Shown: piece by piece, positions 12,051-26,165 of the stretch
Layout: each line of letters opens with the position of its first letter
Position numbering within the stretch: the first letter of the stretch is position 1
Source of the DNA: Botryllus schlosseri
Lineage: Eukaryota
Direction: 5' to 3'
DNA: 64,000 nt
Assembly (NCBI GenBank): GCA_051294905.1
Contig: CM119371.1
Span: forward strand, 1,304,001 to 1,368,000
Program-made: the position numbers and the translations under genes
The notes under the pieces: model-generated
The model's database searches: none
What the model was told of the DNA's origin: nothing
What the model saw: only the letters and a program-made list of their open reading frames with translations

Positions 12051-13689
12051 TACGCGTGATGAAAATTGTGCCTTGTGCATTAATATGTTGCGTAAAGGCA
12101 GGATTGCTGCTTCGTCGACTGTTGAATCGCGTAGAGTAAAGATATGCGTAGTAAAAAGCGTGCTTTGTTCATTGATTTATTATGTAAATGCAGGTTTGCT
12201 GCATCATGTTGTGACTCCCCATTGTAGAATGTAAGGTGGGGTCACCGAAGCTCATTGCTGAAGTATGCGTTGTAAGAATAAATGCTGATATCCGAATGTT
12301 AGGCTCGTGTAGGCCCACTTATGCTTCACGGAACCGTGCGTCATATTTGAGACGATCACGGCAGAATTGTCGTTGCGTTGCCATAAGCCCTCTGTTGTTG
12401 TGTACAGACAACACGGATTTGGTAGGAATGATTGCTGCGCCCGCTGGACGGGTTGACAGTAATAATGAGAAAGTAGAAGAAGTGATTGATGACGGTGAAT
12501 AGCATGTTCTGTGGGTTTTGAAGCATGATTGCTGGATGAATTATGGTGTTGACCTTGCATACACGTTGATGGTTTTCGTTAGTGCATATAGACTGGTTTA
12601 GTCTATGAATTGCATTGTATTGTGTTTCATTTTGTTGCTCTTTATTATTCATTTTCATTACTTTGTGGTTTTGCATGCGAAGTGGCCTTTAATGTAAGCG
12701 TTGTCCCGCTTTAGTGCTATTGATATTTTAGTTCTGCATTTGTGTTTAATGACGGTATGTAATGTACTACGTGCCCAGCTACATACATGTTCTTTTCATA
12801 AAATTAATTGGGATTCTATTATGTTCTTCGATACATTTCTGTACATTCTTTACACAGCGAGCGAAATGTGCTGAATTTAAATAACTATGTAACTGTTTAA
12901 TAAGTGGTCTGCGCTAAAAACAACAGACATTACTCACCCCTTGCTTGCGGTGATAATGACGTAGGCATTTCTTCAGCGACACCTGAATCGTGATCTTGAC
13001 CCCCTTCTGCCATGGCATTAATAGCGTGGTACTGATCAGCTAGCGTATATGACAATGCTGGAAATGTATATATATATATATATATATATATTAACTGGCC
13101 TACATTTCGTAAAGAAGGTTTATGTAGGCCTACATCATGTTGTGACTATCAGTTCTAACTGATATGATGCATCTGATAAATATGTTATAGATCAGCGGTT
13201 CTCAGCGGCCGGAATTGGACCAGTGTCGGTCGGTTTCAAGTTTCTTGCCGGTCTGCCAAATATATTACAATATCACATATCAACTGAAAAACGCACGAAG
13301 ATGGTTCCTTGTCTAGAGAAATGAAACGTCAAAATTTGCAATTGATCTAGAATTTAGGAATACGGAATCCGTGATGTTGTAATAGTGTACATGGCAGTGG
13401 CGGCTCGTGACAATATCGGGTGGCGGGGCAAGGGATGTATATGCGATGTTTGTTGTCTAAATGACGTCACACTGGATTATTCCGGCGTGAAAATGTAACT
13501 TCATGGTTTGTATGGGGTATAGACATTAGGCATGGTTAACTAGGCTTACGTATTTCAAATTATTCGGAAGAAAATATGAATTACAGTAGTTATTACCTGC
13601 ATATTTTAACGTTTGTATCAGTAGCCTAATGCGCGCGGCGCGATTTCATAGTTGCAAAATGTTCCGTGATGAATTAATCTCGAACAGAC

Positions 13690-13970
13690 ATGGGGTGATT
13701 ACTTCATGAATGTAATCGATTGCGATTACGATTACTTCTTAATGACGCGATTACGATTACGATTACGATTACAGCAAAATCATGAAGTAGTCGATTACGA
13801 TTACGATTACATTGGAAAAGTAATCACGATTACTCACGATTACATTTATTTTGCATCTTAGAAGCTATGCTGGAAGACAATATATGGATTGCGCCGAAAA
13901 GGCCTAATAACATAACAACTCATTTCAAAAAAGATGCGTAATTTGCTTGTTACGTCATAATGTACCTGTA
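13690..13970. mobile_element. MITE end with (GATTAC)n subterminal array
   Basis: catggggtgattacttcatgaatgtaatcg followed by GATTAC repeats; other copies near 20451, 25310, 28131 and 31462. Confidence 0.65.
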
Positions 13971-13971
13971 G

Positions 13972-14500
13972 CGAGAGAGAGAGAGAGAGAGAGTCTTTAT
14001 TTTTCATCGAACCAAAATACATAACAAACGGCAGTGATGGTGGTACAGAAAATATGCGTGCACAGTATTCGGTATTAGATAGGAATGATCGATAAGACCT
14101 TGAAGGTCATCTAGTCTGATCACACCAGCATCAAACAGGTACACTTGACTCTGAACAGTCTGGCTGTAAAGAAATGTTTAGTTAAAGGAAAATAGAAAAA
14201 AAATAAAACAATGGTGGCAAATGATCAATGAAGCAATGTCTGGGCGAGGTAGGGCAACAGTGTTAGTGTAACGACAAGAGGTGATCAAGTAGGGCTTTTT
14301 TGAATCTATTATAAGGAAATTCACGGATATGTGGTGGTAATGCATTCCAGATGATAGGTCCCGAGTAGTCGATAGATCTCTTAGTTAGGTTGCTATTGGG
14401 TGGGGGTAAGTAGTCAGTCGCAATCACTTGATCCTAAGATACTGATAAAGAGCATCCATGATTACCTACGGTGTGACTATTAGATAATGAAACGTGCTCA
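13972..14500 (-). mobile_element. 5'-truncated LINE (L2/CR1/Crack group) 3' end
   Basis: Minus strand encodes TKRSIDYSGPIIWNALPPHIREFPYNRFKKALLDHLLSLH* (ORF2 C-terminus), then 3' UTR, AATAAA and (CT)n tail. Confidence 0.85.
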
Positions 14501-14581
14501 CTCAGCGTGATTAATTTCGTGTAAGTCATCGAATGATGCGTATCGCTGGCTTGCTTCGTAAATTCTGCATGGCAAAAGACG

Positions 14582-17500
14582 CAGCAGGGGTAAAACCCGC
14601 TCAGACGCCAGCCGGCCACACGCCAAACGCCCTGCGGCTGAGTCTGTACGTGGCGTCTGGCGTGTGAACGAATTGAAACGCAGACTGGCGGCTGTATTGC
14701 TACATGACGTCCGGCGTGTGAATGGGTTGAAACGCAGATTGGCGGGTGATTTGCTACATGGCGTTCGGCGTCTGTAATTTTGAGACGTCGTTTTAGATAT
14801 CGGGCGCATGAACTGAACCAGAATTTTGCATTTCTTTCTGATTCGTGATTGAATTCAATTTCCCGGTTTTTGCGAAATCAGTAATTCTCATATAATTAAA
14901 AAACGGCGTACATCATTCTAATTTGGCGAAGTTATTTCGATTGCTCCAATTGCTGACGATTACCCCTGGCTAGTATCGGCGTCCCGTCTCTCCTGCATCT
15001 CTTTACACTCGCAGCTATCTCATACCTAAGACTGCATACACACATTGAAATGAATGACAATAAGTAACTTTATTGAGATTAACCTACAGTGCAATGAGCA
15101 CAATAACAATGACTAGGTGGTAGCTCTTGCCCTGGGTAGCAACAATCCTTGAATATCCGCCGGTCACCGCCATCACCGATAAAATACTGGACAAATCAAC
15201 TTTGCAATTCTATACCCAATCCTTGATCATCGCATTTGGATTTTTACTGTTGGATTTGTTGCAATAATTTCCTGGTTCCTGGATCGTCCGTGACACGATT
15301 GCCCAATACAAGCCATAGTTGGCAACTGGGAGATTCCATAGGATGTGTGTGTGCGTCTAAGAATCGTATGTATAAAGGGTATAGTGGTGAAATTGCCCAC
15401 GGAATTACATACTGTTCTGCGAGGTGTTCCCACGGGGGAGCTTCCTTAAACTGTCCCCCTCAAATAAATGTTTTCTGGCTACGCCCTTGTTTGTATTGCC
15501 TTTCAATTTTTCTCTCCGCCGACACATTGAAATTAGAATTCTTGCTCTTCTTGCGCAGTGGCGGATTGCCACAGACGTTAGCTAAGTAATACTGAAATGA
15601 TCCGCGCCGCCCAAGAAGTTTAGCGCCGTGGTAGTGACTTCTGTGTTTTGCCCCGCGTTGCATAGCCTACACTTCAATCGACGTGGTAGAATGTAGCCTA
15701 GAAAACAGACCATTGCATGAGCAATGGGAACTTGGTTCAGAAACCTTACCATATGTCCCCAGCTGTCCTAAAATATTACAGCTATATCGTCAGACAACAC
15801 TTCTTGGTCTGACGATTTCATATGTATGCATGCATATCAAAATGTCATTCTATAATATTACAATGTCAAACTCGAAAATTGAGAGGGCAAAGGTGCCCCT
15901 GAATTCATGTACTTCACTTAGTGACTAAGGGTGGAGATCATAGAGGTTACTTAAGTTACGGTTACCAAGTAACGCATGCTTTAGTACTGAGTAAAACTCA
16001 ATTGCGGATCATAAAGTTACCTCAGACCTAAAATGAGTTTTAACGGCACTCAAAACGTCCGTAACTCACGTTACGTGTAGTGCTAACTTGAGTGCGCGGC
16101 ATGTAGCTTTTTTGGTACAGTGAGAGCTCAGACGTTATAGTTGGTCAATCATCCAAGGCCTCACTACTCGTCACACGGCAACGGCGTCAGCATAGTTATA
16201 CCACAATGACCTACAGTAATGCAAACAATGACTTGGTAGCTACTGTGGACTTGCTAGGCATCGTGATGCGAATACATTTACAAGTATCTTAAGACGATGG
16301 ATTTTAAACGGAGTATTGAATAAATTGCAATTTGTAATTGAGATATAAAATTCGAAAATATTAGACGGACCAACAGGAAACTTGCCATGGACCAGAGGTT
16401 GAGATGAGAACCACTGGTATAATGAATTGGATACTAGATGATGAATATCAGGATAGCACGGGGTGTATCTAATCTGTATATGTGGACGTTTGGCGTCGGA
16501 TATATCAGCTATCAAGACGCCACGGGCTGCATCTAATTTGTGCTTGTCGATTGTCGCCGTTTGGCGTCTGAAGGGATATATCGACTATCAAGACTCCATC
16601 TAATTTGTACATGCCAACGTTTGCAGTCTGATATATCAACTATCCAGACGCCACGGAGTGCATCCAACTTGTATATGTCGACGATTGGCGTCGGATATAT
16701 CAGCTATCAACACGACACTGGCTGCATCTAGTTTGTGCATGTTGATTGTCGCCGTTTGGCGTCTGGACGTATATATCGACGATCAAGACGCCACAGAACG
16801 GATCTAATTTATGCATGCCGTCGTTTGGTGTCTGATATATCAACTATCCAGACGCGACGGGTGCACCTAACTGGTATATGCCTACGTGTGGCGTCGGATA
16901 TATCAACTGTCAAGACGCCACGGGCTGCATGTAATTTGTGCATGTCGATTGTCGCTGTTTGGCGTCTGAACGGATATATCGACTATCAAGACGCCACCGA
17001 ATGCATCTAATTTGTGCATGCCGGCGTTTGGAGTGTGATATATCAACTATCAAGACGCCACGGGTGCATCTCATTTGTAGCCTACATGTCGACGTTTGTC
17101 GCATGTTAGGGCTATGCCGTAAATACGTGGAATTTAGTTGATAGACAGCAAGCGCTAGCTAGCTATGTCATACGAGGATGAATGAATAGGCTATTTCTAA
17201 GAAGTCTGAAGGACAGAATGTAAGTGGTCTATATAAAAAAAAACTTGTAATTCTGGGCTGACGATGTGTTCTACAAGGTTAGTCGAGTGTACTAGCACAG
17301 CATGATCACACAACTTTCAAAACTGATTTCGCATATACTGCAACTATTTTCTTCAGCAGTAACGATTTTAATAAGGTGCGTAAAGTCCTCAGCTCAAGTC
17401 ATTGATGCCAATGCTAGAAGAAAACTCGGGCAGCAATCAAACAAATAACTGTAGCAGACATCATTCCGCTATCGACGAATATAATAATGCAGTGATCAAT

Positions 17501-17796
17501 CCTTATTATCCACCAGCCTTGCTTTCCCTAACTTTGCCAATAAATCAGATCCTGTACACGAGACGCTGTGCAACTGGCTACCTACACACGGCACGGCGGT
17601 CTCAAAATTGCCAGAAGCCGAACGCCATGTCGCAGTATACGGCGTCCTAAAATGCTGGACGCCAGACGCCATAAAGCACTTCATCTGCCAGTCTGCGTTT
17701 CAACCCATTCACACGCCAGACGCCACGTAAAGACCCAGCCGCAGGGTGGCGTTTGGCGTGTGGCGGGTTGGCGTCAAGCGGGTCTAACCCGGTCTC
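14582..17796. mobile_element. Non-autonomous DNA element with ~200-bp inverted arms and asymmetric termini
   Basis: TSD aaaagacg (14574-14581, 17797-17804); arms 14582-14790 and 17580-17796 are inverted copies built of GGCGT/ACGCC repeats; ends CAGCAGGGGT... and ...ACCCGGTCTC. Confidence 0.8.
16445..17105. repeat. Minisatellite, ~60-75 bp units in ~200-bp trimeric higher-order repeat
   Basis: About ten units of gatatatcaactatcaagacgccacgggtgcatctaatttgtgcatg...cgtttggcgtc; the longer variant recurs every third unit. Confidence 0.9.
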
Positions 17797-20700
17797 AAAA
17801 GACGAGCGCAAAGACTGAAATTGTTGAACAGCGAAAATTTGTTGACATGTCAAGTAGAATTTTGCATTAGTGCGGCTGCAATCATAGTCCGTGAAATCAC
17901 CATCAGTGAAATAAGCATGGTATTTGTTGAAATTAGCATGCGAGTTTTGGATTCCTCACCAATTATTTTAGAGTGCGCGAAAATCAAGCGGGCCAAGTTG
18001 GAAATACGCTGTGAATTTCTTGCGATACAACGATTCAAGTACCTATATTTCCTAGCAACTGCTTTAGGCGCGACAAGATTTTAGATAGTAACTTTTTCGT
18101 ATATCGATCGGAAATAGATATGTTCAAAGACTGTATAATAATTCCTCTTTACTTACATAACATGGGACTCAATCCACGTCGCAGCAAGTTAGGTCTGAAT
18201 AAACAATGGCGCATACATAGCTTTCAGTAAATGATATATATGTTGGAACGAGTCAACGTGCGATATAATTTGTTTGTTTCCGTTGATTTTGCAACACTGC
18301 GTGGATACGAACGGATTGGCTTTGTTAAATATGTACTATGGGACAAATCCAAACACTACAGTGTTGACTTCACGGCGATTCATAATTCGTAACGTACATC
18401 GGTGAAGTCGAAGCTGCGAATACAGAATGATAAATTTACTAACTAATTGAATGCTAAACTGAGTATCACTGTTTGTGCTGGCGGTGCGGTTGCCTTTATA
18501 AATCCAAAGATTTTTTTAAATATTTGAAAAAATTACTCGCGGACTTTGATGGGTAAATGCTCACTAACAATCAAAAGAAACATCATATTGGTAAAAGTTT
18601 ATCTGTTAATCGTATAGGATAGTTCGCATTATTCCAGATGGTCGTTGCGTTGACGCACATTTATGATCTCCGCATAGAGCATGTTTACACGACCCAAATA
18701 ACGGAATCCAAGCAATATCCCCAGTAAATGCAATATCGCTCTGTATGTCGTGGAGGCAGAGAAATGTAATTGATAGAGGTAGTTTGCCTGCAGTAGCACA
18801 ATTGGGGATTTCAATAATCAGTGGCTGTTAACATGGGTTCGATCGAACACTGGGATTCAACGAGCCTGTTTCAGGGGTACGTCGTGACTGTATTCTGAAA
18901 TATTAACACTTAGACCGACTTATGATTTATCAGCAAAATATATTTGTAAAGATATCCGAACCCAAACTTGTGTGGGGCTCGCGTGATGATAAATAACGAT
19001 CAGCGTGTTTGACGGTGGATCTAATGATGTCATCTGTGTGTAACATACACATAAAAATATATTTTTCCTGGGGCTGCTTTTTCAAGGGAATCATTCCACA
19101 CGACACTGGTTTAATTGCGTGCATCTGATTTTTACTATCCTAAAGCAGAATAGCACCCGCGAACTCGTTATACCTAACCTACATGTCGTAAGCTTCGAAA
19201 TCTTAAATAAGGATTTCAGGGCGCGTTACTTGATTAGAGGGACAGTGCATACACGTATCATCAGAAAAATTAAGCTACTACTCCCAGATTATAGCTGCTA
19301 ATACTTTTCCGAATTGAACTAGCCATTAAGATATTTATCCAACGTATATGGACCGTTTATGAAAATGGTTTCATACCTGTGGTTGTCAAGCTCTGTCAAT
19401 GCAGCAATCGCTTGCGCAATCATATAATGTAACAAGGATAGTTGTCAGAACAATATAATTGAGCATATCCTCCGTCACTTTCATATAGATTGCCAGCCGC
19501 ACTATTTCTTACTGTAAATAAATATGATAACCGACTATAGCCTTGACTCATCTTCTGATTGATGATACGCCTTTATTCGCTACTGTACTTGCCGAATGCT
19601 GATACGTATTGCCACAATGGAAAGTCTCAACTCAAGGTACGCTCTGCAAGATTCGTTTTTAGCGCAGAGGTATCGCAATATGATAGTCAAGTGGTTCATC
19701 GGTCGCCTTTTCTATAGCTAGCTGACCGTTATTTATTTGCAATCTAGTAAACATTCCGTTCTCTAAAAAAACTATAGGAGAGCAATCGACGTTCTGCCCA
19801 CATGACGTGCGATTTGATACATAACGTAGGCATCATCACCGAACTATACAACGCTCTGCGATTCTCTTCATTCAATATTTCTTGAAATCTAATCAATGAA
19901 TCGGCAATTCAAAATGTTGACCAATATTTTCAAGTAACTGCATTACCAATTGCAGCTACGACTATATGAGCACTTGGTCGCTAGCTATTACCCACATAGA
20001 CGCCGCGATGTAAAATTTAACGTGTACTACAAATAGCCGACGGTGGAACATGGAATGGGTAAATTATGTACGTAAGCGGGGAAGTATCGGAGACGGTATT
20101 GTCATGGATTGCATTAGGTTCAGGGGCATCTATGCCAGTGTTTCTCAAACTTTTTCCGACCGCGTACCACTAATTAGTTTAACTTCACGGCGTAGGCCTA
20201 CCATCTGGATGCCAAAATGACCTCTTAATAGTCAAATGTACCAGTAATATTAGTAATTGGCGTTCATAATAGATCACAACACCAGTGAATAATTACAAAG
20301 GCGGATTTAATTTGCCAAATACAACTGTTTCCTCCAGACCAGATGGTCCAGGAGGCGTATAGCAATATTCATAACTCATAGGCAAATATGTCCATATTCC
20401 AGGCTCACTTGGACGATCTCTTCCATTTAATGGCATGATAATGCATTGGTATGGGGCTATCACTTCATGAATGTAATCGATTGCGATTACGATTACTTCT
20501 GAATCACGCGATTACGATAACGATTACGATTACAGCAAAATCAGGAAGTAGTCGAATACGATTATATTGGAAAAGTAATCACGATTACATTTATTTTGCT
20601 TCTTAGAACTAATCTTAAGATATATTGGAATACAATATAAGAATTGCAATGAAAAGGCCTAATGGGATAACTAATTTATTCAAATATGAGACTTCATTTG

Positions 20701-20869
20701 CTTGCTACTTCATAATGTGCCATTGCCCAACTTTATAGGGCAAGATTTATCGCATAAAAAAGGTTCACAGTGCAGAACCTACCCAGTTTCGTTTGTGAAC
20801 GTGAACCTCTAAATTTCTGAGGTTCACACACAGAACGCGAACGTGAACCTCACGTTCACACCATCCCTA

Positions 20870-22108
20870 CTAGATAAGTCTTCCCAAAGATATCACGAAC
20901 TGTAGCCTACAACATTATCCAAGATCGTTGGATCTGTTAAAACGTCCTTCAACTCCCAATTTATTCGGCTCAATCGCGCAGCATGATGTAGCTGTCTCCT
21001 TTGATGTTGATATCTCATACAATGTAACAAAAAGTGCTCTACAGATTCTTCTGCATTACATTGCTGACATAGTGGAGTCTGAGAACAACGGATCTTATGC
21101 TAGGCTTACCATACGTCCTCTTTTAAGAGGATTTGTCCTCTTTTTTTGACTTTTTTGAAAGTGTCCTCGGAGGACGCCCTTTTGTCCTCTTTTTTGAAAA
21201 TTTAGGTCAGATTTAGAGCAAATTGCGAGTGATACACCGCAAAGTAGCACAGAAGTGACGGTCCGGCGGATATTTCGAAGTGAAAAACGGTGAATTTAGC
21301 TCTGAGCGAAAATATGACTTTTTTTTAGTCAACCGACCACAAAGTGGGAAAAATTCACCGGTTTTTGAGAATTCTATTCCGGTTTTTGCATCTTGCAAAT
21401 TTCTGAAAAAATGTCCTCTTTTTACATTTTCAAAATATGGTAAGCCTATCTTATGCAGATGTTGATTCAATCTGCAATGACCGCTTCTTAATCTCAGTAG
21501 AATTACGTCTCTTCGCCGTGTTCCAATTTGAGCTATATCGTCGGTAATTGATGGTCGCAGATTCTTATACGCTCTTCCGGTCTCAGTGCTTCGGTATATC
21601 TGATCCCATTCACATCTACAATGATGTCATAAGACGGACACGTTGGACAATGCTTCACGCAGAGGTAATAAGTGATTGTTCCCTTCATCCCTTCTTGACG
21701 CAGCGTCTTTGGCTAATTGATCGGCGATTTCGTTACCACGAATACCAGCATGCCCAGGTATCCAGATGAACGTGATTGATTTATTGTTATTTTGAAGTTC
21801 TGCAATATATTCTAATATATCGTTCACATGTAGTCATTGACCAATCCATGATTGGCGATGGCGGTTAGGGCACTCAAACTGTCACTTACTATAGCAATTT
21901 TACTCTCCGTGTTCCTTTTAACCCACGATAATGCATCTTTGATGGCATGCAACTCTACATAAAATATTGAAAAACATTTAGGAAGCTTCGCAGACAATTT
22001 TACATTCAGCCGAGGAATGTATACGGCATAGCCACATCCTGACGATGTCTTCGAACCATCCGTATATACAAGTGTATGATCACTGTAGTCCGAGAAAATA
22101 TGGTCAGC
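20870..22108 (-). mobile_element. LINE fragment (I/Nimb group): RNase H plus C-terminal CCHC finger
   Basis: VYTDGSKT...ELHAI...IVSDSLSAL...FIWIPGHAGIRGNEIADQLAK; after removing the MITE, LRLRSGHCRLNQHLHKIRCSQTPLCQQCNAEESVEHFLLHC. Confidence 0.92.
21101..21448. mobile_element. hAT (Blackjack-like) MITE inserted in LINE
   Basis: TIR TAGGCTTACCATA; exact TSD tcttatgc; TGTCCTC repeats. Confidence 0.92.
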
Positions 22109-22605
22109 ATTTTAAATCTCTCTTAATGTGAAATTATAATTAAATGTGCACGGTAGCCTACGTAATGGCATGTATATTCCGTCTTATGTTCCGAATACGA
22201 CATCCATACGCAAAGCCATATTACTAGAATTTTGTCATTCGAACTTATCTAACTGCGTAATACTATAAATAATATATTTGATTATATGATGCGAACATTC
22301 ATCGAACTTCATTTGTAAATCAATCCGATTCGTTCAGTTGATGATGAGTTAAGCGATTGTTAAACAAATGACGCGGCTGCAACTTTTGAATCGTAAAATG
22401 AGCTCCGTACACGTAATAAATGTTTGGCGTCGACTGATATATGGTTTGTTTGTTTTAGTTGACTGTGCAGGTACCTTGGGGTGCATTGGTCGTCACGTTG
22501 CACATTGTAGGTACTGTCAACGCACTTGATTTGACGCACCGATCATCTTCATTTAATAATCCTTGGTTGCGGAATGCTATTCCTGAGTCTGTTTACTTAT
22601 CCCAC

Positions 22606-22824
22606 TGTGCAACTTTGCATTTATTCATAGGTTAAATACCATAATAAATGATCAAACTGAAATATAAAAGAACAGTTCCATCGACTAGCCTAATCACTAT
22701 TGCTCCAACAACTCATAAGACGTGGGTGCTAATACATACATGCACGCACGTCGCACAATCACAACAACAAGAAGACGAGATCGCTCATGCGTTTAGAGAG
22801 ATAGTAGTAAGAGATAATCACACA
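22606..22824 (-). mobile_element. 219-bp solo LTR
   Basis: TGTG...CACA termini; 5-bp TSD cccac; empty site in paralogous copy at 30169-30173. Strand inferred from AATAAA on the minus strand. Confidence 0.8.
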
Positions 22825-23091
22825 CCCACAAGCTCGCAGTCCCTTACAAATTTCAAAGGTGACTTACCCGAGTAATTCTGGTTTGCATTACGCACCATAA
22901 ACTTATCTTGCTTCCACGCGAACACAGACAAAAAGAAACGTTCAACCAACATCTATGTGCCAAAACGATGATAAGGCATTGATCTTTGTGGTGATGTTGT
23001 ATTAGCAAAACGGGTAACGTGGAATGCAATATAAAATTAGTTGCTGGCAATCATGTGCGTCATATTGCAAATGAGAAGCATATTGCACGTC

Positions 23092-23349
23092 TGCGAGCGA
23101 GATGGTGTAATGGTGATGCGTCCGGCTTCTTGATCGGTAGGTCGTTGGTTCGATCCCCGATCATGTCAGGCCAAAGACTCGAAAACTGGTATCCGCGGCT
23201 ATCTTGCTAGGCGCTCAGCAAATACGGATAGCATGGAGGAGAAAAACGGGACTGTAGGCTAGATGATCTTACTATAAAGGAGGTCGCATCTCCGTCGTCA
23301 AAGCTTTTTGGTGGTGCGGGCGAAAAAGAATACCATATCTCTCTCTCTA
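23092..23349 (+). mobile_element. tRNA-derived SINE
   Basis: A/B boxes; same body and (CT)n tail as 2010-2278. Confidence 0.85.
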
Positions 23350-23635
23350 AAACGTCACAAATAAATTGCCACGATAAGATTGATTAGATGAATTAATACC
23401 AGGGGTTCCCAAACTAGGCTCGCGACTCCAATGAGGTCGCTTTTCTGTTCTATGGTGTCGGGTAGACAAAAATTAAATACCGATGGCTACTACAAGAATG
23501 TCAATTAAGAGGATGCTATCGGCGGCTCATTTCTGGATATTTCAGTTCATTGTTTTAAATGGAAGAAAAAACGACCTACGTGATATGCGATCCGGGAAAA
23601 CAAGGTATCATATCTGTCGAAGCGTCATTTTAAAG

Positions 23636-24971
23636 CAGAGGTCTCAAACACGCGGCCCGCGGGCTGCATGCGGCCCTCGAGATCATTTTGTGCGGCCCGT
23701 GACGGCATTTTGGATTTCGAAGTATTCGACAATATTTAACTACCAATTTTTTTTTCAATCAATTTACAATTCGCTATAAAATACTCCAGAAGCCAGAAAC
23801 TACTCATCAAACCTCACAATTACATCATTTCCAACAGTTACGTCTAAGTGGAGGATTACCTATTACGTGACATTACTTGTTTATGATGGTTAAACAGGAC
23901 CCGTTGATGAATCGAACTCCGACTCAATGGGTGATGAAATAAAAAATGACTCGAGTTGAGTCGCATCAAAAGATACAATCAGAGAAGGAAAGGAAATGAC
24001 GTAGTTTATTTTTGTCCTTGATGTTTTTGCGGCATATACACCGACTCATGATACACATACACACGGACGCTTAACCATTACGCTATCTTGTCGGTCTTTT
24101 GTGACACGGAACGCTGTGACTTGGTACAATCACGGACGCAACAAACTATCAAACTGGTATGGAAAATGGTAAAATATCAAAACGGTCGTAGCTTGCGTTT
24201 CGTAGCTTATTTAAATATCTAGGCAGGACGGTATGGCAACCATTGGCATTATGTTGCCCGGTTGAGGTATAGTTGGTTACACCCGGTGTCATCATGGGAA
24301 TCTGTACCTATCGCAAATTTTATTGTTGCGAGTATATAAAGTAGTCGTAGCCTACGCTTCACAGCTGTAACACAAATGGATTCTTGGGCGATTGGACATT
24401 TTTATTGCTATGACACAGTAATCATTATACTCAATTTGTAAGTGATCTGTTCAAATAGTCGAAGCTAAATATAACGCTGATTTAATTTGACTTGGTAATG
24501 ACATGATCAATAGCCTAGTTATCAGGAGTATACCCGAGACCCGGATTAGGCTGTACTTCTCAAATGTTCTGATATCATATCAATCTTTGTAAAATTTTAA
24601 AATTCTCCCTATGTAATTGCGTCATGTCAAATGTCCGCTAGCTGCGAAATTATAAGCCAACATATTTTGCGATGTCCTGATGCATTTGTACTCTCACATG
24701 GTGTCTTCAACTACTTATTTTTGACAAACTATGCCAAATGCAGCATCAATTTTATTCAGATATCTAAAAATCTTATTTTTTCGCGCGAGGCGTGAATTCA
24801 CAATAGTAAATCAGCTTTTTATGATGCGTGTGGAATATCAGTCTGCAAGGTCCCGTCAAATAAGGCCTACTGAGAAATACATTGAATTCCCCTATTATTG
24901 GTGCTGCGGCCCGCGGCGCCATCAAAAATTAGGAAATTGGCCCGCTAACACGTTTGAGTTTGAGACCTCTG
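23636..24971. mobile_element. hAT (Charlie/Buster-like) non-autonomous element
   Basis: TIR CAGAGGTCTCAAAC; exact TSD ttttaaag; GGCCCGC subterminal motifs. Confidence 0.92.
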
Positions 24972-25499
24972 TTTTAAAGGGTCATCTAATATAACACAAG
25001 GGTTGTGTATTGTTATTAGAATTAAGATTAAATTGTTGGGATCATGAAAACCAATACGACGGGAGAGCCATGTGGTGAAAGTATGATACAAACACGGGAA
25101 ATGTGTGAACGGCGCAGTCGGCTAGGTCAGTCGTGTATCGTTATCTGTATTTCGCGTGACGCGAATTATCAAATAAAATACTTGATCAATTCGATTGGAT
25201 ATAGACAGAAAACGTCCCGATAGTCCTAAATATGTTGCTATAGTATTGATTGAGTTTCTTAAACTCAAGGATGGAGGTGAACGAGTTGCTTATAGTTTCT
25301 CTCACACATGCGGTGATTACTTCATCAACGTATTTAATTGCGATTACACCATAATCTCATTTACGATTATATCGTTAAAGGCACGGTGCATTCTCAATAT
25401 GATGCGGCTCGTATTGAAGATAAAATCTTTAAATAATTCTAGGCCGCAACCAATTTCTTCAGAAAGCTTCCGTAATGAAGCTGCAGCTAAACGAAAATT

Positions 25500-25760
25500 C
25501 CAACTACCCCCATTACTCGCCAGTTGAATTAGTATTGTCTATAATTGTGGCGCGGCTGCGAGTCTCTGTATTGCTTAACCAGTTGCGAACTTGCTGGCAC
25601 GATATCTTCACTTGGACTTGCTCGACGCGATCTCCATTGCGATTTCTCGCCAGCAAGAATTTTTTATTATGGCTATCCGACAGTCCACGCTAACATGGTG
25701 TTGTCTATCGCGGCGGATTCAAATGTTGAATAAACAATTGCGCAATATTGATTGCTAGGC
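25500..25760 (-). pseudogene. Possible Myb/SANT-like (Harbinger ORF1-type) domain relic; duplicate at ~31640-31910
   Basis: Frameshifted IKNSCWREIAMEIASSKSK / SCQQVRNWLSNTETRSR resembles the KxxxWxEIA...xQVxxxW pattern. Confidence 0.35.
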
Positions 25761-26029
25761 TACCTGATTGAAGCATTTCCATATGAAAGAAAATGAGCCT
25801 GAAATTCTCTCCTAAAGAATGATTGTACTCGCAGACAAACATATTGATACCTGCTGTCTGTATACCACTTATTCCAGATATTGTGAGTTGCCGATTCACA
25901 GAGCAGCTGTGCTATGATTCATATCTGTATCAAACCATGACTGCATGATGTGCATATGATGCCGCTGGACATTAAAGGTAAAGTTTTAGGGTTTGAATAC
26001 TTGCTAAATTTTGCCCCGATTCACTGTGC

Positions 26030-26165
26030 CATCCCTGAATGTTGAATGTCAAGCGCCAACCTACTCATATCAGTTTTACTAATCAGTTCTGATGTCTGAC
26101 ACGGTCGGGGATTGAGACACTACATAGCGGCCAAGCACCTGGACGTGCAATCATTATGCTATCTT
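26030..26165 (-). mobile_element. Old degenerate SINE (duplicate at ~32595-32730)
   Basis: Reverse complement gatagcataatgattgcacgtcc...caatccccgaccgtgtcag...ggcgcttgacattcaacatt resembles the SINE head and central domain. Confidence 0.5.

Noticed and set aside
13193..16416. Single hAT element pairing cagcggttctca with tgagaaccactg
   Set aside because: Flanks (ttatagat vs gtataatg) are not a TSD, and the pairing would cross the boundary of element 14582-17796.
16445..17105. CRISPR-like array
   Set aside because: Whole units are homologous with no unique spacers, there are no cas genes, and the context is eukaryotic; it is a minisatellite.
20928..21149. Plus-strand ORF
   Set aside because: Antisense shadow of the LINE ORF2 CCHC region on the minus strand, running into a MITE.
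25540..25640. Homeobox (QQVRNWLSN)
   Set aside because: Lacks the WFxNxR core and helices 1-2; a decayed Myb/SANT-like domain is a better, though still weak, fit.
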